A stretch of DNA of 64,000 nt from Candidatus Thorarchaeota archaeon (GCA_011364985.1 RDOC01000003.1:1-64000); one strand, 5' to 3'. Positions 40,716 to 50,692 are shown, numbered from the stretch's first letter. Program-made: numbers and translations. The notes: generated by a model not told the origin, from the sequence alone.

Positions 40716-40856
40716 TCTGAGCTGCAATCAAGTGGGAACCATGGGTCTACCAATTGACGATACGCTTGTCGCAGCAGAATACTACTCGGGCAGTAATATT
40801 ATGTATAATTGTGTTTTTTTGAAACAATCATGAGGCCCAAAAGAGCCTAGGTCAAG

Positions 40857-41857
40857 TTGTCAGACTCTTGGGTTTCTAAAGAGGGCAATGTGCTGCTGAT
40901 GACTGTGACAACAATGAATTCCATTAGGAAAGCAAGCCAAACAATAAGGGAACATGTGAAACATACTCCCCTGATTAGATCCGACTATCTTAGCAAGCTC
41001 TGCCGGTGTAGTTCATATCTAAAGCTTGAGAATCAGCAGCATACAAACTCCTTCAAAATTCGAGGCGCACTGAATAAGATGTCGCAGCTGACTTCCGAAC
41101 AGAAGGAGGCTGGTGTTGTCACAGCATCTTCTGGCAATCATGCCCAAGCCGTGGCTCTGGCTGCCCAGATACTCGGTATTCATGTCATCATTGTTGTTCC
41201 AGAACAGGTATCAAAGGCCAAACTTGAAAAAATGCGGGAGTACAGCGTCGAAGTCGTACTTGGTGATGGTTTTGACGAAGTGGAGCCAAAAGCCCGTTCA
41301 ATTGCAGGTGAGCAAGGAAAGTCATACATAAGTCCGTACAATGACTACGAAGTGATCTCTGGCCAAGGTACCATGGGATTGAAGTACTTCAGAACCTTGA
41401 TAGTTTCGACACCATCATCGTGCCAGTTGGTGAAGGAGGACTCATTGTAGGCATAGCAGTCGCCGCAAAAAGCCTCAAACAGGACTGTGAAGTGATTGGG
41501 GTTCAGACAAAGGCCTCCTCTAAAATGTACGAGTCTTGGAAAAAAGGATCCTTTGTTCATGTTGAAGAAACTGACACGCTGGCAGAGGCGTTTCTGGGTG
41601 GTGTTGAAGATGGCTCTGTGACGCTTGATTTGACACTGAAATATGTTGACAAAATGCTTCTTGTTATGGAGAACACGCTGAGAGATGCAATTCGGATTCT
41701 ATGGACAGAGGAGAAACAAGTGGTAGAAGGTGCTGGTGCAACATCCATAGGCCCGCTTCTTGAGAATCCAGAATACTTCAAAGGAAAAGCCATAGTATCG
41801 ATTGTGAGTAGTGGAAATATAGAAAAGACGCTCTTTGAGAACATCACTAAACAATAG
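40857..41857 (+). pseudogene. ilvA: Threonine/serine dehydratase, frameshifted at ~41381
   Basis: SFKIRGA, SSGNHAQA, GQGTMGL then a one-base loss; restored frame reads EVLQNLDSFDTIIVPVGEGGL. Confidence 0.85.
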
Positions 41858-42015
41858 GACGCTGCCACCACTGTATACAAGTTCAGCGAACGATTCGATC
41901 AATACTTCTCATTTATGGCAGAGTTCTTCATCTTTTCAGTAATAGAAGACCTGCTGCCATGACCATCTTGGAAAGGACAGCCAAGTCTGATACATATGCA
42001 ATCTAGCAATGGACG

Positions 42016-44019
42016 CTAATTCTCAACCCAAGCAAACTTTCGCTGCAGAGTCCTAGGATATACTCTTTTCCAATCATAGTCCACTTTCTTACACCACGTA
42101 TAGACAACCTTTGGATGAATGTAAGACTTCAGTGAAGTTCCCAAGTTCCACGTCCTACTGGCTTTCGCCAGTGCAAAATCGGTTTCGATCCTGCTCTTAG
42201 CAATCTCAGCCTTTCTTACCTGCTCCTTCATCCGTTCGAGGGCCTTCTCAGCTTGTGCAATTCGTTCAGTAGATTTCTCCTTGAAATCTGCAAGTACTTG
42301 CTGCTGCTTCTCAAGAGATGTTTTGCTCTTGGTGTAACGATCCCTTGTGCGAGAAAGACCCGTTTCTGCATCATCTAGGCGTGCTCGAGTGCGCTCAATA
42401 CTTGTCTGGGCTTCTTCCAGTCGTTCTTTCTTCGTGGTCTTCGCCTTCCTCTTGCTTGTTCTGGTCCTGCGCTTTCGTTCTCGAGCGTTGTCCCACGTGG
42501 TCTTTGCACGGTTTCTCTTCTCACGCCAAGAGAGGACGACTTGCCAGTTCTGATCCATGGTTTTCTTCTTTTTCGCAAGTGAGCTTTGTTTCTTTTCCTG
42601 CATCTGTTTCTCTTTCTTTTTTCTGGCTCGTAGTTTCTTCTTCTGTTCTTGCAGCTTTGCCTTGGTCTTTGTAATTCGCTGCTCAGCTTTCTTGATTCGG
42701 TCAACGTATCTATCAGCGGTACGACTCCAGCCCTTGGGAGCCTGCTTTGTGTGATTCATTATACGAGCTACCTCAAGATTTGCTCTCTTGACAGCAGCTT
42801 TCTTGATGAAATCAGGGTCTGCTTGCTTAGTCTTGCTCTTACGGAGCTCATCTTGCATTGTAAGGGTGGCATGAAAAGTTCTGAACACTTTTGCTGTGAG
42901 ATTCTTGTCCACTTTGCCAAGGAATCTGTTAACATGAGAGCTATTGATTCTAGGGAATAACTGTGCAGGTTTCTTAGGGTCTATCTTTGTCTTTCCTTTG
43001 CGAGACTTGAAGGATGCAATACGCTCCTCGGTTCTCTCATAAAGCTCTCTGAATACATTATAGACATCAAGCGGCATTTCCAGCTCCTTATGCCAAGGAA
43101 CGCTATCCTTGCCCAAGAAATTGAACACGACTGAATTCTTCTTGAAAGTTAGATGCTCAGCTCGAAGGGTTGTTGCTCCGACGGTGTCAGCCTCGTCTGG
43201 ATCTTTCTCATCACCCACTCTGAGACTCAGAGCATCTATGAGGTAGCATGCCGCAGCAACCATTCTTGTTTTGTAATCCTCAGAATGAATTCCCTCCATG
43301 ATGTGCGCCCGTATAGCATCGATCTTTTTGGCAACCTTCATTGCCTTGTCATATTTCTCTGCCTCACGTTCTTGCTTTATGGGGCTGCTATCATGTAGCC
43401 ACAGGTACTTGACCTTTCCAGTGAGTTCATCAACCCACTTGGCAATCCACATTGAATCAGAAGCCCAAACAATCTCATCCCAATCACCTTCAGGAACGGG
43501 CGCATCAGGACTCAGATTCAACGTTATGTCTTTATGCGTCACGCCCTTCTTCCAGCGGCCTCTCAGGGGGTGCTCGCCTCGCCCCATAAATATCCCTGAT
43601 GGTTCTGTCTGATAGCTTCCAAGCTCCATACGTTCCCCATCAACTATGGCATAGCCGTACTCCTCCTTTAGACGCTCGCGCTCAACCTTTCGAGCCTCTC
43701 TTTGTGCTTTCTTCTCTTCCTTCGTCATTGCCTCCTTCGTAGCACGCTCCTGCTCAACGAATTCAATGATTTCTGAGAAGTCGATTTCATCAACGGACAA
43801 TGGGGAAGTTGTCTCCAGGGCTTTAGAGAAGTCAGTCATGAAGTTCTCACAAAAAATGGGGTCCTCGACGTATGGAGTTCCTAGCTTTCGCACCCAAGCA
43901 ATTGCCATCTCTTCTTGGAGCCGAGTTAATGCTTTCTTCTGACCATGAACAGTAATATGAAACCCCTTGGATTCGGGTGGTTCTAGGACAATGATGCCGC
44001 GGTGTACAAGAGACTCCAT
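42016..44019 (-). CDS. top1: Eukaryote-type DNA topoisomerase IB with a very long linker
   Basis: EPSGIFMGRGEHPLRG, LRVGDEK...ADTVG, FLGKDS, AKVFRTF, NH, TSLKSYIHP (catalytic Tyr). Confidence 0.95.
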   Translation of the reverse strand: MESLVHRGIIVLEPPESKGFHITVHGQKKALTRLQEEMAIAWVRKLGTPYVEDPIFCENFMTDFSKALETTSPLSVDEIDFSEIIEFVEQERATKEAMTKEEKKAQREARKVERERLKEEYGYAIVDGERMELGSYQTEPSGIFMGRGEHPLRGRWKKGVTHKDITLNLSPDAPVPEGDWDEIVWASDSMWIAKWVDELTGKVKYLWLHDSSPIKQEREAEKYDKAMKVAKKIDAIRAHIMEGIHSEDYKTRMVAAACYLIDALSLRVGDEKDPDEADTVGATTLRAEHLTFKKNSVVFNFLGKDSVPWHKELEMPLDVYNVFRELYERTEERIASFKSRKGKTKIDPKKPAQLFPRINSSHVNRFLGKVDKNLTAKVFRTFHATLTMQDELRKSKTKQADPDFIKKAAVKRANLEVARIMNHTKQAPKGWSRTADRYVDRIKKAEQRITKTKAKLQEQKKKLRARKKKEKQMQEKKQSSLAKKKKTMDQNWQVVLSWREKRNRAKTTWDNARERKRRTRTSKRKAKTTKKERLEEAQTSIERTRARLDDAETGLSRTRDRYTKSKTSLEKQQQVLADFKEKSTERIAQAEKALERMKEQVRKAEIAKSRIETDFALAKASRTWNLGTSLKSYIHPKVVYTWCKKVDYDWKRVYPRTLQRKFAWVEN

Positions 44020-44145
44020 TCAGATTCCTCATTGGTTATAGGGAGTGGGATGTCGTTTTGTTACTAACAAAAGGATTGTTGTCGTGGTATCTATGAGAAG
44101 GCAATCGCCAATAATTTCAAGTGGCCAAAATAGAACATCTCATCT

Positions 44146-44430
44146 ATGGTTGATGAAGTATCAGAACTCTTTGACGACCTTCTGAAGGAGCGAAGTTATA
44201 GAAAGACGAGAAAGCCCGATCCATCCAAGAAGAAGGAGTTGGAGAAGTATCATAGAGTACACTATCTGAGCAAGCTAATTGCTGAACTGGAGGCAGTCAA
44301 AGTAAAGGCACGTGCTCTGATATCTTCTGATGAGGAGTACCTCCATGTGTGCGAACTCCTCGATTCTGTGGTCAATCGTCTCACCTATACCAGACTCGAA
44401 ACAAGAATTGGAATTCAGTCTGAACGATGA
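44146..44430 (+). CDS. Hypothetical helical protein
   Basis: 94-aa frame divergent from top1. Confidence 0.5.
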   Translation: MVDEVSELFDDLLKERSYRKTRKPDPSKKKELEKYHRVHYLSKLIAELEAVKVKARALISSDEEYLHVCELLDSVVNRLTYTRLETRIGIQSER

Positions 44431-44513
44431 GTTTAAAACCGCCAATCAAAGAGAGCCGTCTTGATGCAACCGTGGCTTGGATGACACGGCAAATGATTAA
44501 TCCCATCAAAAAT

Positions 44514-44530
44514 GCGGCCATAGTCTAGGG
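44514..44530 (+). repeat. 5' fragment of a tRNA-Gly (left island boundary)
   Basis: GCGGCCATAGTCTAGGG, 15/17 identical to the 5' end of tRNA-Gly(TCC) at 48803; its first 7 nt pair perfectly with TGGCCGC at 58684-58690. Confidence 0.6.
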
Positions 44531-44646
44531 CGCTCGGAGTTACCGTTTTTTGTCTTGGGTATCGTGTCCATTTCCGGCATTCAGCTCGTCCTCTCTGAGC
44601 TAAGGACTTATATCATCACCAGAATATCCATAGTCGGTGGTATGGA

Positions 44647-44901
44647 ATGGCCTCTGTATTGGGTGGCATAGCAAAGGGTCTAGCTAAGCTATTGTCAAAG
44701 GTCGAATTCTGGCTCGCTTTGATAATCTTGGCCGTCATTGTGTTCTTTGGGCTACTGATTTCAAATATTGCCCTCGTTGGAATAGAACATCCCGAAGCAT
44801 TTCCCGTAGTTGCTGGAATTGGTGTGTGGATAATTCAGATTCTATTCCTGTTTGCACTAGTTGCATTCCTATTGTATTTCGCTTGCAAACTCATCAAATA
44901 A
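44647..44901 (+). CDS. Small 2-TM protein
   Basis: Two hydrophobic helices; GGTGGT RBS. Confidence 0.55.
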   Translation: MASVLGGIAKGLAKLLSKVEFWLALIILAVIVFFGLLISNIALVGIEHPEAFPVVAGIGVWIIQILFLFALVAFLLYFACKLIK

Positions 44902-45015
44902 ACCTCTGCCGGTTTCGGGTTGCGTTTCTTCTCGGAGTGAGTTAGGTATAAGTTCAAAAGACTGCCTAACCACACTCAGTATGTAAACAGCATCGCAGAT
45001 GGACTACAGGATTCC

Positions 45016-46332
45016 ATGGAGAAATCAGACATCATGCATGAAACACAGAACGAGAGTTCGGAATCTGAAAAACGAAAAGCAATCATACGGCAGGTTACCC
45101 TAAGGGAGTTCGACAAAGACCAGAACCAGAAAGAGCAAGATGTTTCTCTGCGGGATCTCGTTGATTTTCCGTCCACAACATACAGTACCTTTGGCATCTA
45201 CAACTACCCTGCGAAGTTCATCCCTCATGTTGTCAACTATGTCCTTGAGAACTACGGGGAGGAGGGGATGACAGTCTTCGACCCATTTGCAGGTTGTGGC
45301 ACCGTCGGACTTGCATCTCGTATCTATGGGCATGGCTACGAACTCTGGGATCTAAATCCCATTCTAGAACTGCTGCATCGAGTAGCGATAGCCGCGCCTG
45401 TCAATATCGACATTGTATCCCTTGTGGATCATGTTCTTGAATATGAGGAATCATATATCCCAAAATGGTCAAACTTTGACTACTGGTTTGCAGAAGACCT
45501 TCAGAATCTTCTTGCACAATCTTGGGGATTCTATCACGCACTAGAAGACGAAAGTGTGAGGGATTTCCTTGCTGTCCCGCTCCTTAAGGTAAGTAGACAC
45601 TTCTCGTATGACGATATGGGTCGTATGAAGCTATCGAAGTCCCCGAAGTCAAAGGCCCGTGTGAAAGAGATTTTGAAACAGGACTGGAAATGGTTGTTCC
45701 GTTCGATGCTCATCGATGAGCTCAATGATTTGCACAAGAAGCAGAAGGAATATCAATCACTCAACCCCGTCGATGTAGAGGCAACTATACGTGCAGGTGT
45801 GGACTCTCTCAAGGAGAGCCTTCGAGAAGACCGTGATATTCTCATCACCTCTCCTCCGTATCTTCAGTCACAGGAGTATATGAGGCAGGCAAAGATGGAC
45901 CTGTTCTGGCTTGGATACTCCGATAAGGAAGTAAAACAGCTTAGCAAGATGGAAATACCCTATCGAGATTTGCATGAGATAGACATCAAATCTGAAACAT
46001 ACAGACGAGTGAGGAAAGTCATAGGTGAAGAGCATATTCAGGACGTCTATGACAACTATTTCCGGGGTGTGACTCAGTGTCTTGAGCGACTGTCAACAGA
46101 CATCTCGACTTACCTCTTCTTCTTCGTTGGAAGGTCAAGTATGAGGGGCAGACCTGTCCCCATCGACACGATACTAACTGAACACTTCACCCAATTGGGC
46201 TGGACGCATGAGAGAACACTAGTGGATACTATTGTTTCACGGCGGATGTTCTCATATGGTGTCAATCCCGCCACAAATCAGCGAGATGTGAGGACCAAAA
46301 CAGAGCATCTAATCGTCCTTAAGAGACCTTAA
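45016..46332 (+). CDS. DNA N4-cytosine methyltransferase (alpha motif order)
   Basis: YPAKFIP, DPFAGCGT (motif I) precedes TSPPY (motif IV) with a long intervening region. Confidence 0.85.
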   Translation: MEKSDIMHETQNESSESEKRKAIIRQVTLREFDKDQNQKEQDVSLRDLVDFPSTTYSTFGIYNYPAKFIPHVVNYVLENYGEEGMTVFDPFAGCGTVGLASRIYGHGYELWDLNPILELLHRVAIAAPVNIDIVSLVDHVLEYEESYIPKWSNFDYWFAEDLQNLLAQSWGFYHALEDESVRDFLAVPLLKVSRHFSYDDMGRMKLSKSPKSKARVKEILKQDWKWLFRSMLIDELNDLHKKQKEYQSLNPVDVEATIRAGVDSLKESLREDRDILITSPPYLQSQEYMRQAKMDLFWLGYSDKEVKQLSKMEIPYRDLHEIDIKSETYRRVRKVIGEEHIQDVYDNYFRGVTQCLERLSTDISTYLFFFVGRSSMRGRPVPIDTILTEHFTQLGWTHERTLVDTIVSRRMFSYGVNPATNQRDVRTKTEHLIVLKRP

Positions 46333-46367
46333 GAAGTTGGAGCGCTCCGAATAATCAGAGGATAGTC

Positions 46368-46877
46368 ATGGGCCGGGTGACCGATCTCAATATCACTGGC
46401 AAGGATGAGAGTGCCTTTGCAGCAGACATGGGTATGGCACACGAGTTTCTAGTAACTGCAATACTAATTCGGCTTGGTTTTGAAGTCGGTGTTATGCAAG
46501 TTTCGAGAACCCCGTATGATCTCTGGCTTCTTGCATACGACCGGCCCGATGGCAACAGTGTTTCCTTGCGGGTTCAGATAAAGACAGTTTCTAAGGGTGG
46601 CACCATCAAACTCACAGGTGGAACCCGTGGGGGCATAGACCGCGAGTACAAGAGTGACGTGAAAGAATACAAGTACAGCACCGAGCATAGCGACCTACTC
46701 ATTGGGGTTGACAGGAATACATTCGATTTGTATTTGGTACCGACAAGCTTTCTTGACGATTGGGGGAAGTCCAAGGCTGTGTCACTGCTTAAGCCCTTAA
46801 AGAACAACTGGGACTTGCTGATGAACTGGAATGATGAATTCATTATCTCACTTCGGAATGATTTGATCCAGTCATGA
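46368..46877 (+). CDS. Small PD-(D/E)xK endonuclease (putative restriction partner)
   Basis: G..HE, PYDL, RVQIKT motifs; directly follows the MTase. Confidence 0.75.
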   Translation: MGRVTDLNITGKDESAFAADMGMAHEFLVTAILIRLGFEVGVMQVSRTPYDLWLLAYDRPDGNSVSLRVQIKTVSKGGTIKLTGGTRGGIDREYKSDVKEYKYSTEHSDLLIGVDRNTFDLYLVPTSFLDDWGKSKAVSLLKPLKNNWDLLMNWNDEFIISLRNDLIQS

Positions 46878-46982
46878 AGCAGTTATGGTTGGCAGGTGTT
46901 TTAGCACTATCCAGTCTATCGAAAGCATGAGGGCCCAATATCTTCGGCTTCAGCTTATTGTCGATTTGGCTTACACTTTCTT

Positions 46983-48326
46983 CTATGCTTTCAGGCTTAG
47001 AACGAATTGGTCAAATTGAGCAGGACCAATAATCTTAAAGTCCAATTCTTGAAAGAAGGATGCGAAATCCTCATTGAGAGAACTAGTTGCAGAAGAAACA
47101 TCTTCATCAAGGTTCCAGACCAATATGGCCCGGCTGACGTTGCGGCCGTTAGCAACGCACGAACGAACGTGTTTCTCAATCTGTTGTACAGTCTTCCTTA
47201 GCTCCTGTGTGACTGCAGTCCTATCGTCTATAGTACGCTTTCGGAGGACTTTGCATTCCACAAGCGTGTCCTTCACGAGGAAGTCGATTTCTCTCCCTCC
47301 CGCGTATTGATTGCACTCGAACGGTATTTCCTCACTCTTAAGCATCCATGCCAAGTACACGGAGAGGAAACCATCCTTACACAGAAGCGCCTTCTTGAAG
47401 TTTTCAGAGGGTTCATAGAGGGCCGAGAATGAATAGGGTTGCTTGCAGGTAAGGCAGTGATACTTGGTCATCTTATCAGGGGCAGCCCTACCATGTAGTT
47501 CGACATAGGATGGACTCTCAAGAGCGCAGCTATCACACCATAGGATTGCACCCTCGAGGTCTATGAGTTTGTGCAGATAGAGGGCATTCATCAGATTGAA
47601 GTATTCATCATACTCCATATCGGCATTCTGAAGAACACTGCGATGCCATGCCACAGAAATAAGTAGTAGAGGCAATCTCAGATTTGGCATGATTCTTGAG
47701 AATGATCCGAGTAGCCCCATTTTATCGCTCTCGAAATGTTTTCTTAGGGCCGATGCAACCTTCTCTGCTTTTTCCGCCACAATGCTGGACGTGTCGTCGA
47801 TGTAAGGGGATCCTTCTTTGCCAGCCGATGTCAACGCGGATGTAATGAACTCCTGAATATCTCCGAGTTTCTCCTTCATGAGTTGATAATTGAAATTCGG
47901 GCTGCTGATCAAATCAACGACGTCTTTGTTGGATCTGGCTGCATGAATCAAGATATAGGCAATTATATCAAGGAAGTCCGAATACTGCTTAGTTTCAGGA
48001 CCAAGTCCGAGATTCTCCATTATCCTCCTACTAATATCCTGTTGCATCGTCATTTCAGCAAGATACTCAACAACTCTTGTTCTCTCGGCAGGGACATAAG
48101 TGTCGATATGGAACTCACCCGATAGCGGGAACGCATGCATAAGATGTTCTCCCTCGATTCCAAACATGTCGGTGTGGTGCGTGAAAAGAAGCCGCCTGTA
48201 ACTCTCTTCGCGTCCCACTGATTGCATGAAGACATCCAGCTGTTGATTCCCCTTCAGTATGTTCATTATCTCTTCCACAGTAGGTCTATACATGAGATCA
48301 TATCCTTCGAACAGTGGACCTTGCAT
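46983..48326 (-). CDS. Zn-finger + C-terminal PD-(D/E)xK nuclease-like protein
   Basis: CDSC...CLTC; REIDFLVKDTLVECK..QQI. Confidence 0.6.
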   Translation of the reverse strand: MQGPLFEGYDLMYRPTVEEIMNILKGNQQLDVFMQSVGREESYRRLLFTHHTDMFGIEGEHLMHAFPLSGEFHIDTYVPAERTRVVEYLAEMTMQQDISRRIMENLGLGPETKQYSDFLDIIAYILIHAARSNKDVVDLISSPNFNYQLMKEKLGDIQEFITSALTSAGKEGSPYIDDTSSIVAEKAEKVASALRKHFESDKMGLLGSFSRIMPNLRLPLLLISVAWHRSVLQNADMEYDEYFNLMNALYLHKLIDLEGAILWCDSCALESPSYVELHGRAAPDKMTKYHCLTCKQPYSFSALYEPSENFKKALLCKDGFLSVYLAWMLKSEEIPFECNQYAGGREIDFLVKDTLVECKVLRKRTIDDRTAVTQELRKTVQQIEKHVRSCVANGRNVSRAILVWNLDEDVSSATSSLNEDFASFFQELDFKIIGPAQFDQFVLSLKA

Positions 48327-48802
48327 TATGTGAATTCAAATCTCAAGATTGTTGAGTAATCTTGGACAGGAGTTGGGGTGTGATGAAATTCTTTCTTGGT
48401 ACCCTCAGGAGCTTCGATACAGCGCCTACATCGTTCATGGTATGTAGACTAATCAACCTTCTCGTAGGTCTTTGATGATTGAACCGTTTGCTGGCATTGT
48501 CCTCTCGGAGGCTTTAATTAGAACCTACTCCCGAGAATCCCACCCTTCCACGGACCATCCGATCTGGGTGGTGCAGTTGGCCACTATGAACTGAAGATAG
48601 TGGCCTTCCACAGATTCGTTCGGTTGACCCGGCATCACTGTATCCAACTCATGATACAAGCCTTCCACTAACGGTCCGCATGATGAGGAAACAATATGCT
48701 TAAATTTCCAGCTCGAACAGCCGTAGATTAGAGGCCCGAAATCACTTCCTTGTAAGGAAAGATAATTCGAGCCTTTCGCTAACAGTCTGTGAGTGGACAC
48801 CT

Positions 48803-48877
48803 GCGGCCGTTGTCTAGGGGTTAGGATGCAGCCCTTCCAAGGCTGGGGCCCGGGTTCAAATCCCGGCGGCCGCACCA
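48803..48877 (+). tRNA. tRNA-Gly(TCC), intron-less
   Basis: GCGGCCG/CGGCCGC acceptor, CAGCC-CTTCCAA-GGCTG arm, TTCAAAT, ACCA. Confidence 0.95.
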
Positions 48878-49300
48878 CATCATAGCCCATAGAACATGGC
48901 TGAAGTGAATGAACCCCACCTACGGACTTCTGTGTTCCATCCGTCTTCTGCCCGATGTCGCCATCAACTCCTGGAGCCACCCAGTAGCAAGCAAAAGCAT
49001 TGGCTGCAATCATCGAGACACGGTCCCTCCTACAGCCCTGACTTCTTTCTCCTGCTTTATTCCAGTCGCATCTTTCCTGGGAGCAGTGAGCCTTTCCACA
49101 GCATTTTCCACGGCACGGTCATCATCGCCATCCCCGTCCTCGTCACCGAATTCAAGGACACTCGTCTGAGCTGAGCGAACCACCGCGGACTCCCTCGGGC
49201 TTGATGCACTACCCTTGCGAGGGAGTGAGGACTTCTGTTTAGGGGAACGAGCCCCCCTAACAGCCTTCGGGACTGAGCCCAGCCTCCGCTCGGGAGTGGC
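48878..49300 (-). ncRNA. Candidate omega-RNA region overlapping the TnpB 3' end
   Basis: Clustered hairpins (49207-49227, 49261-49275, ~48885-48902) and a GGGGTTCATTCAC right-end-like motif at 48917-48905; boundaries approximate. Confidence 0.4.
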
Positions 49301-50692
49301 CCACCGCCCTAGTCCATTCTCACTCCAAAGTGAAGGAATGAGCGTGATAAGTCGACGCGCTATGTTCAGGGAACCGTTGCGGTCCGCGTTTGTGCGGAAC
49401 CCACAGGTGTGGCACACGAAGAGAGACTGCCTCGGTCGGATTCCCTGATGCCCGCACTTCCAACAGGTGATGGAGGTCCAGTTCTCCGGGATCACATGGA
49501 AACGACTTTGTTTACCCTCTGTCCGCCAACCGAGTTGTTCGAGGCCGTGCTTCAGCGTGCGCGTCACCCGCCCGAAGCACCATCTGTGCATAAGGCCTCG
49601 AAACCGCTTTCCCTGATAGTTGCCCTTGCGGGCCGTGTTGCGGATGCCCTTGAGTCGACCGATGGCCACATGCACGACATACCGCTCACTGAGCCCCCCT
49701 ATGTATGAGAGAAGCCAACTCACCGTGAGCCTATCATACTCCTTGGACACATTCTCGCGCTTCGACCGAAGCCCCTTAAGTTTCCGAACAACATTGTCAT
49801 ATCGAAGCCCCCGGTCCCTGCGCGTGTCAGCCTCGTGCTGGAGATTAGCCACCTGCCGGTCGTATCGCCGCATGAGTCTGACCTTGTCATGTTGGACGAA
49901 ATAGCGGGTTTCCGAAACACGCGTAGGCGTCAGCAACGTCGTGCACACCGCCCTGTTAATCCCGAGGTCGATACCAAGAATCGCCGGGGGAAGGCCCCGC
50001 TTCTCCACCATGGTTTCAGGAATCCGGATGGCCACAGCGGCCCACCACTTTCCTCGCCTATCGGTGAAGACCTGCACGCTCTTCTCATTCCCGCGTTCAA
50101 GCTGCTGGAGATGGAAGGGCGCCGTCTTCAGGGGCACAGTCAATCTATCATGCACCTGCCTGCCCTCTGCGACCGAGTCCAATGAGTCGCGGAGCTCCAG
50201 CCACCATGTGGCCACGGTATTCTCATGCTTTACAAGCCTAGCGCGATACGGAATGAAGATTCGTCTGGGAATTCGCCTGTCCCGATTGACCTGACTGGGG
50301 CGGGAATGTCTTCCCCCACCCCTCCGAAGAGCCAGATAACTCTCATAGTTCGCTGCAGCCACCCTCCGACACTCGGAGAGTTCGTTAGCCGATATCCTCG
50401 GGAAGCGCGCTTTGAGGTCATGCTCAACAATCAACCTCTGCTTGCCATCTCCAGAGACCCGTTCGGCTGTCATAGTCAGGGTATGCAGCTTGCTCTCATC
50501 GATTCGCTTTCTGTTCACCCCCCTCAAGAGCTGTTCCTCGTTCTCCTCGATAATCCTGAAGAACGCCCTGATGACTCTGGTGTCTCGGCCCACCATCTGG
50601 CGCAGCCGCTGTTGCGCCCTCGTGGTCATCATCTCCCAGTTGATGGGAATTTTGACCGTAATCACTGGTTGCTGGTTTTTCACCATAGCCAT
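49010..50692 (-). CDS. tnpB: TnpB/Fanzor-like RNA-guided nuclease with rearranged RuvC-II
   Basis: GIDLG (D242), VAIGRL (G345 at the canonical Glu position), IPENWTS (E403), CWKC..CHTC, NADRNGSLNI (D437). Confidence 0.88.
   Translation of the reverse strand: MAMVKNQQPVITVKIPINWEMMTTRAQQRLRQMVGRDTRVIRAFFRIIEENEEQLLRGVNRKRIDESKLHTLTMTAERVSGDGKQRLIVEHDLKARFPRISANELSECRRVAAANYESYLALRRGGGRHSRPSQVNRDRRIPRRIFIPYRARLVKHENTVATWWLELRDSLDSVAEGRQVHDRLTVPLKTAPFHLQQLERGNEKSVQVFTDRRGKWWAAVAIRIPETMVEKRGLPPAILGIDLGINRAVCTTLLTPTRVSETRYFVQHDKVRLMRRYDRQVANLQHEADTRRDRGLRYDNVVRKLKGLRSKRENVSKEYDRLTVSWLLSYIGGLSERYVVHVAIGRLKGIRNTARKGNYQGKRFRGLMHRWCFGRVTRTLKHGLEQLGWRTEGKQSRFHVIPENWTSITCWKCGHQGIRPRQSLFVCHTCGFRTNADRNGSLNIARRLITLIPSLWSENGLGRWATPERRLGSVPKAVRGARSPKQKSSLPRKGSASSPRESAVVRSAQTSVLEFGDEDGDGDDDRAVENAVERLTAPRKDATGIKQEKEVRAVGGTVSR

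Noticed and set aside
42318-43612. Multiple plus-strand ORFs inside top1 (and similar shadow ORFs within TnpB and the 1525-aa gene)
   Set aside because: Antisense or alternate-frame artefacts of biased codon content
48525-49013. 162-aa minus-strand ORF downstream of TnpB
   Set aside because: Runs antisense through tRNA-Gly and the presumed omega-RNA; no protein-like motifs
49010-50692. Cas12f/Cas14 CRISPR effector
   Set aside because: No CRISPR array or cas1/2/4 genes in the window
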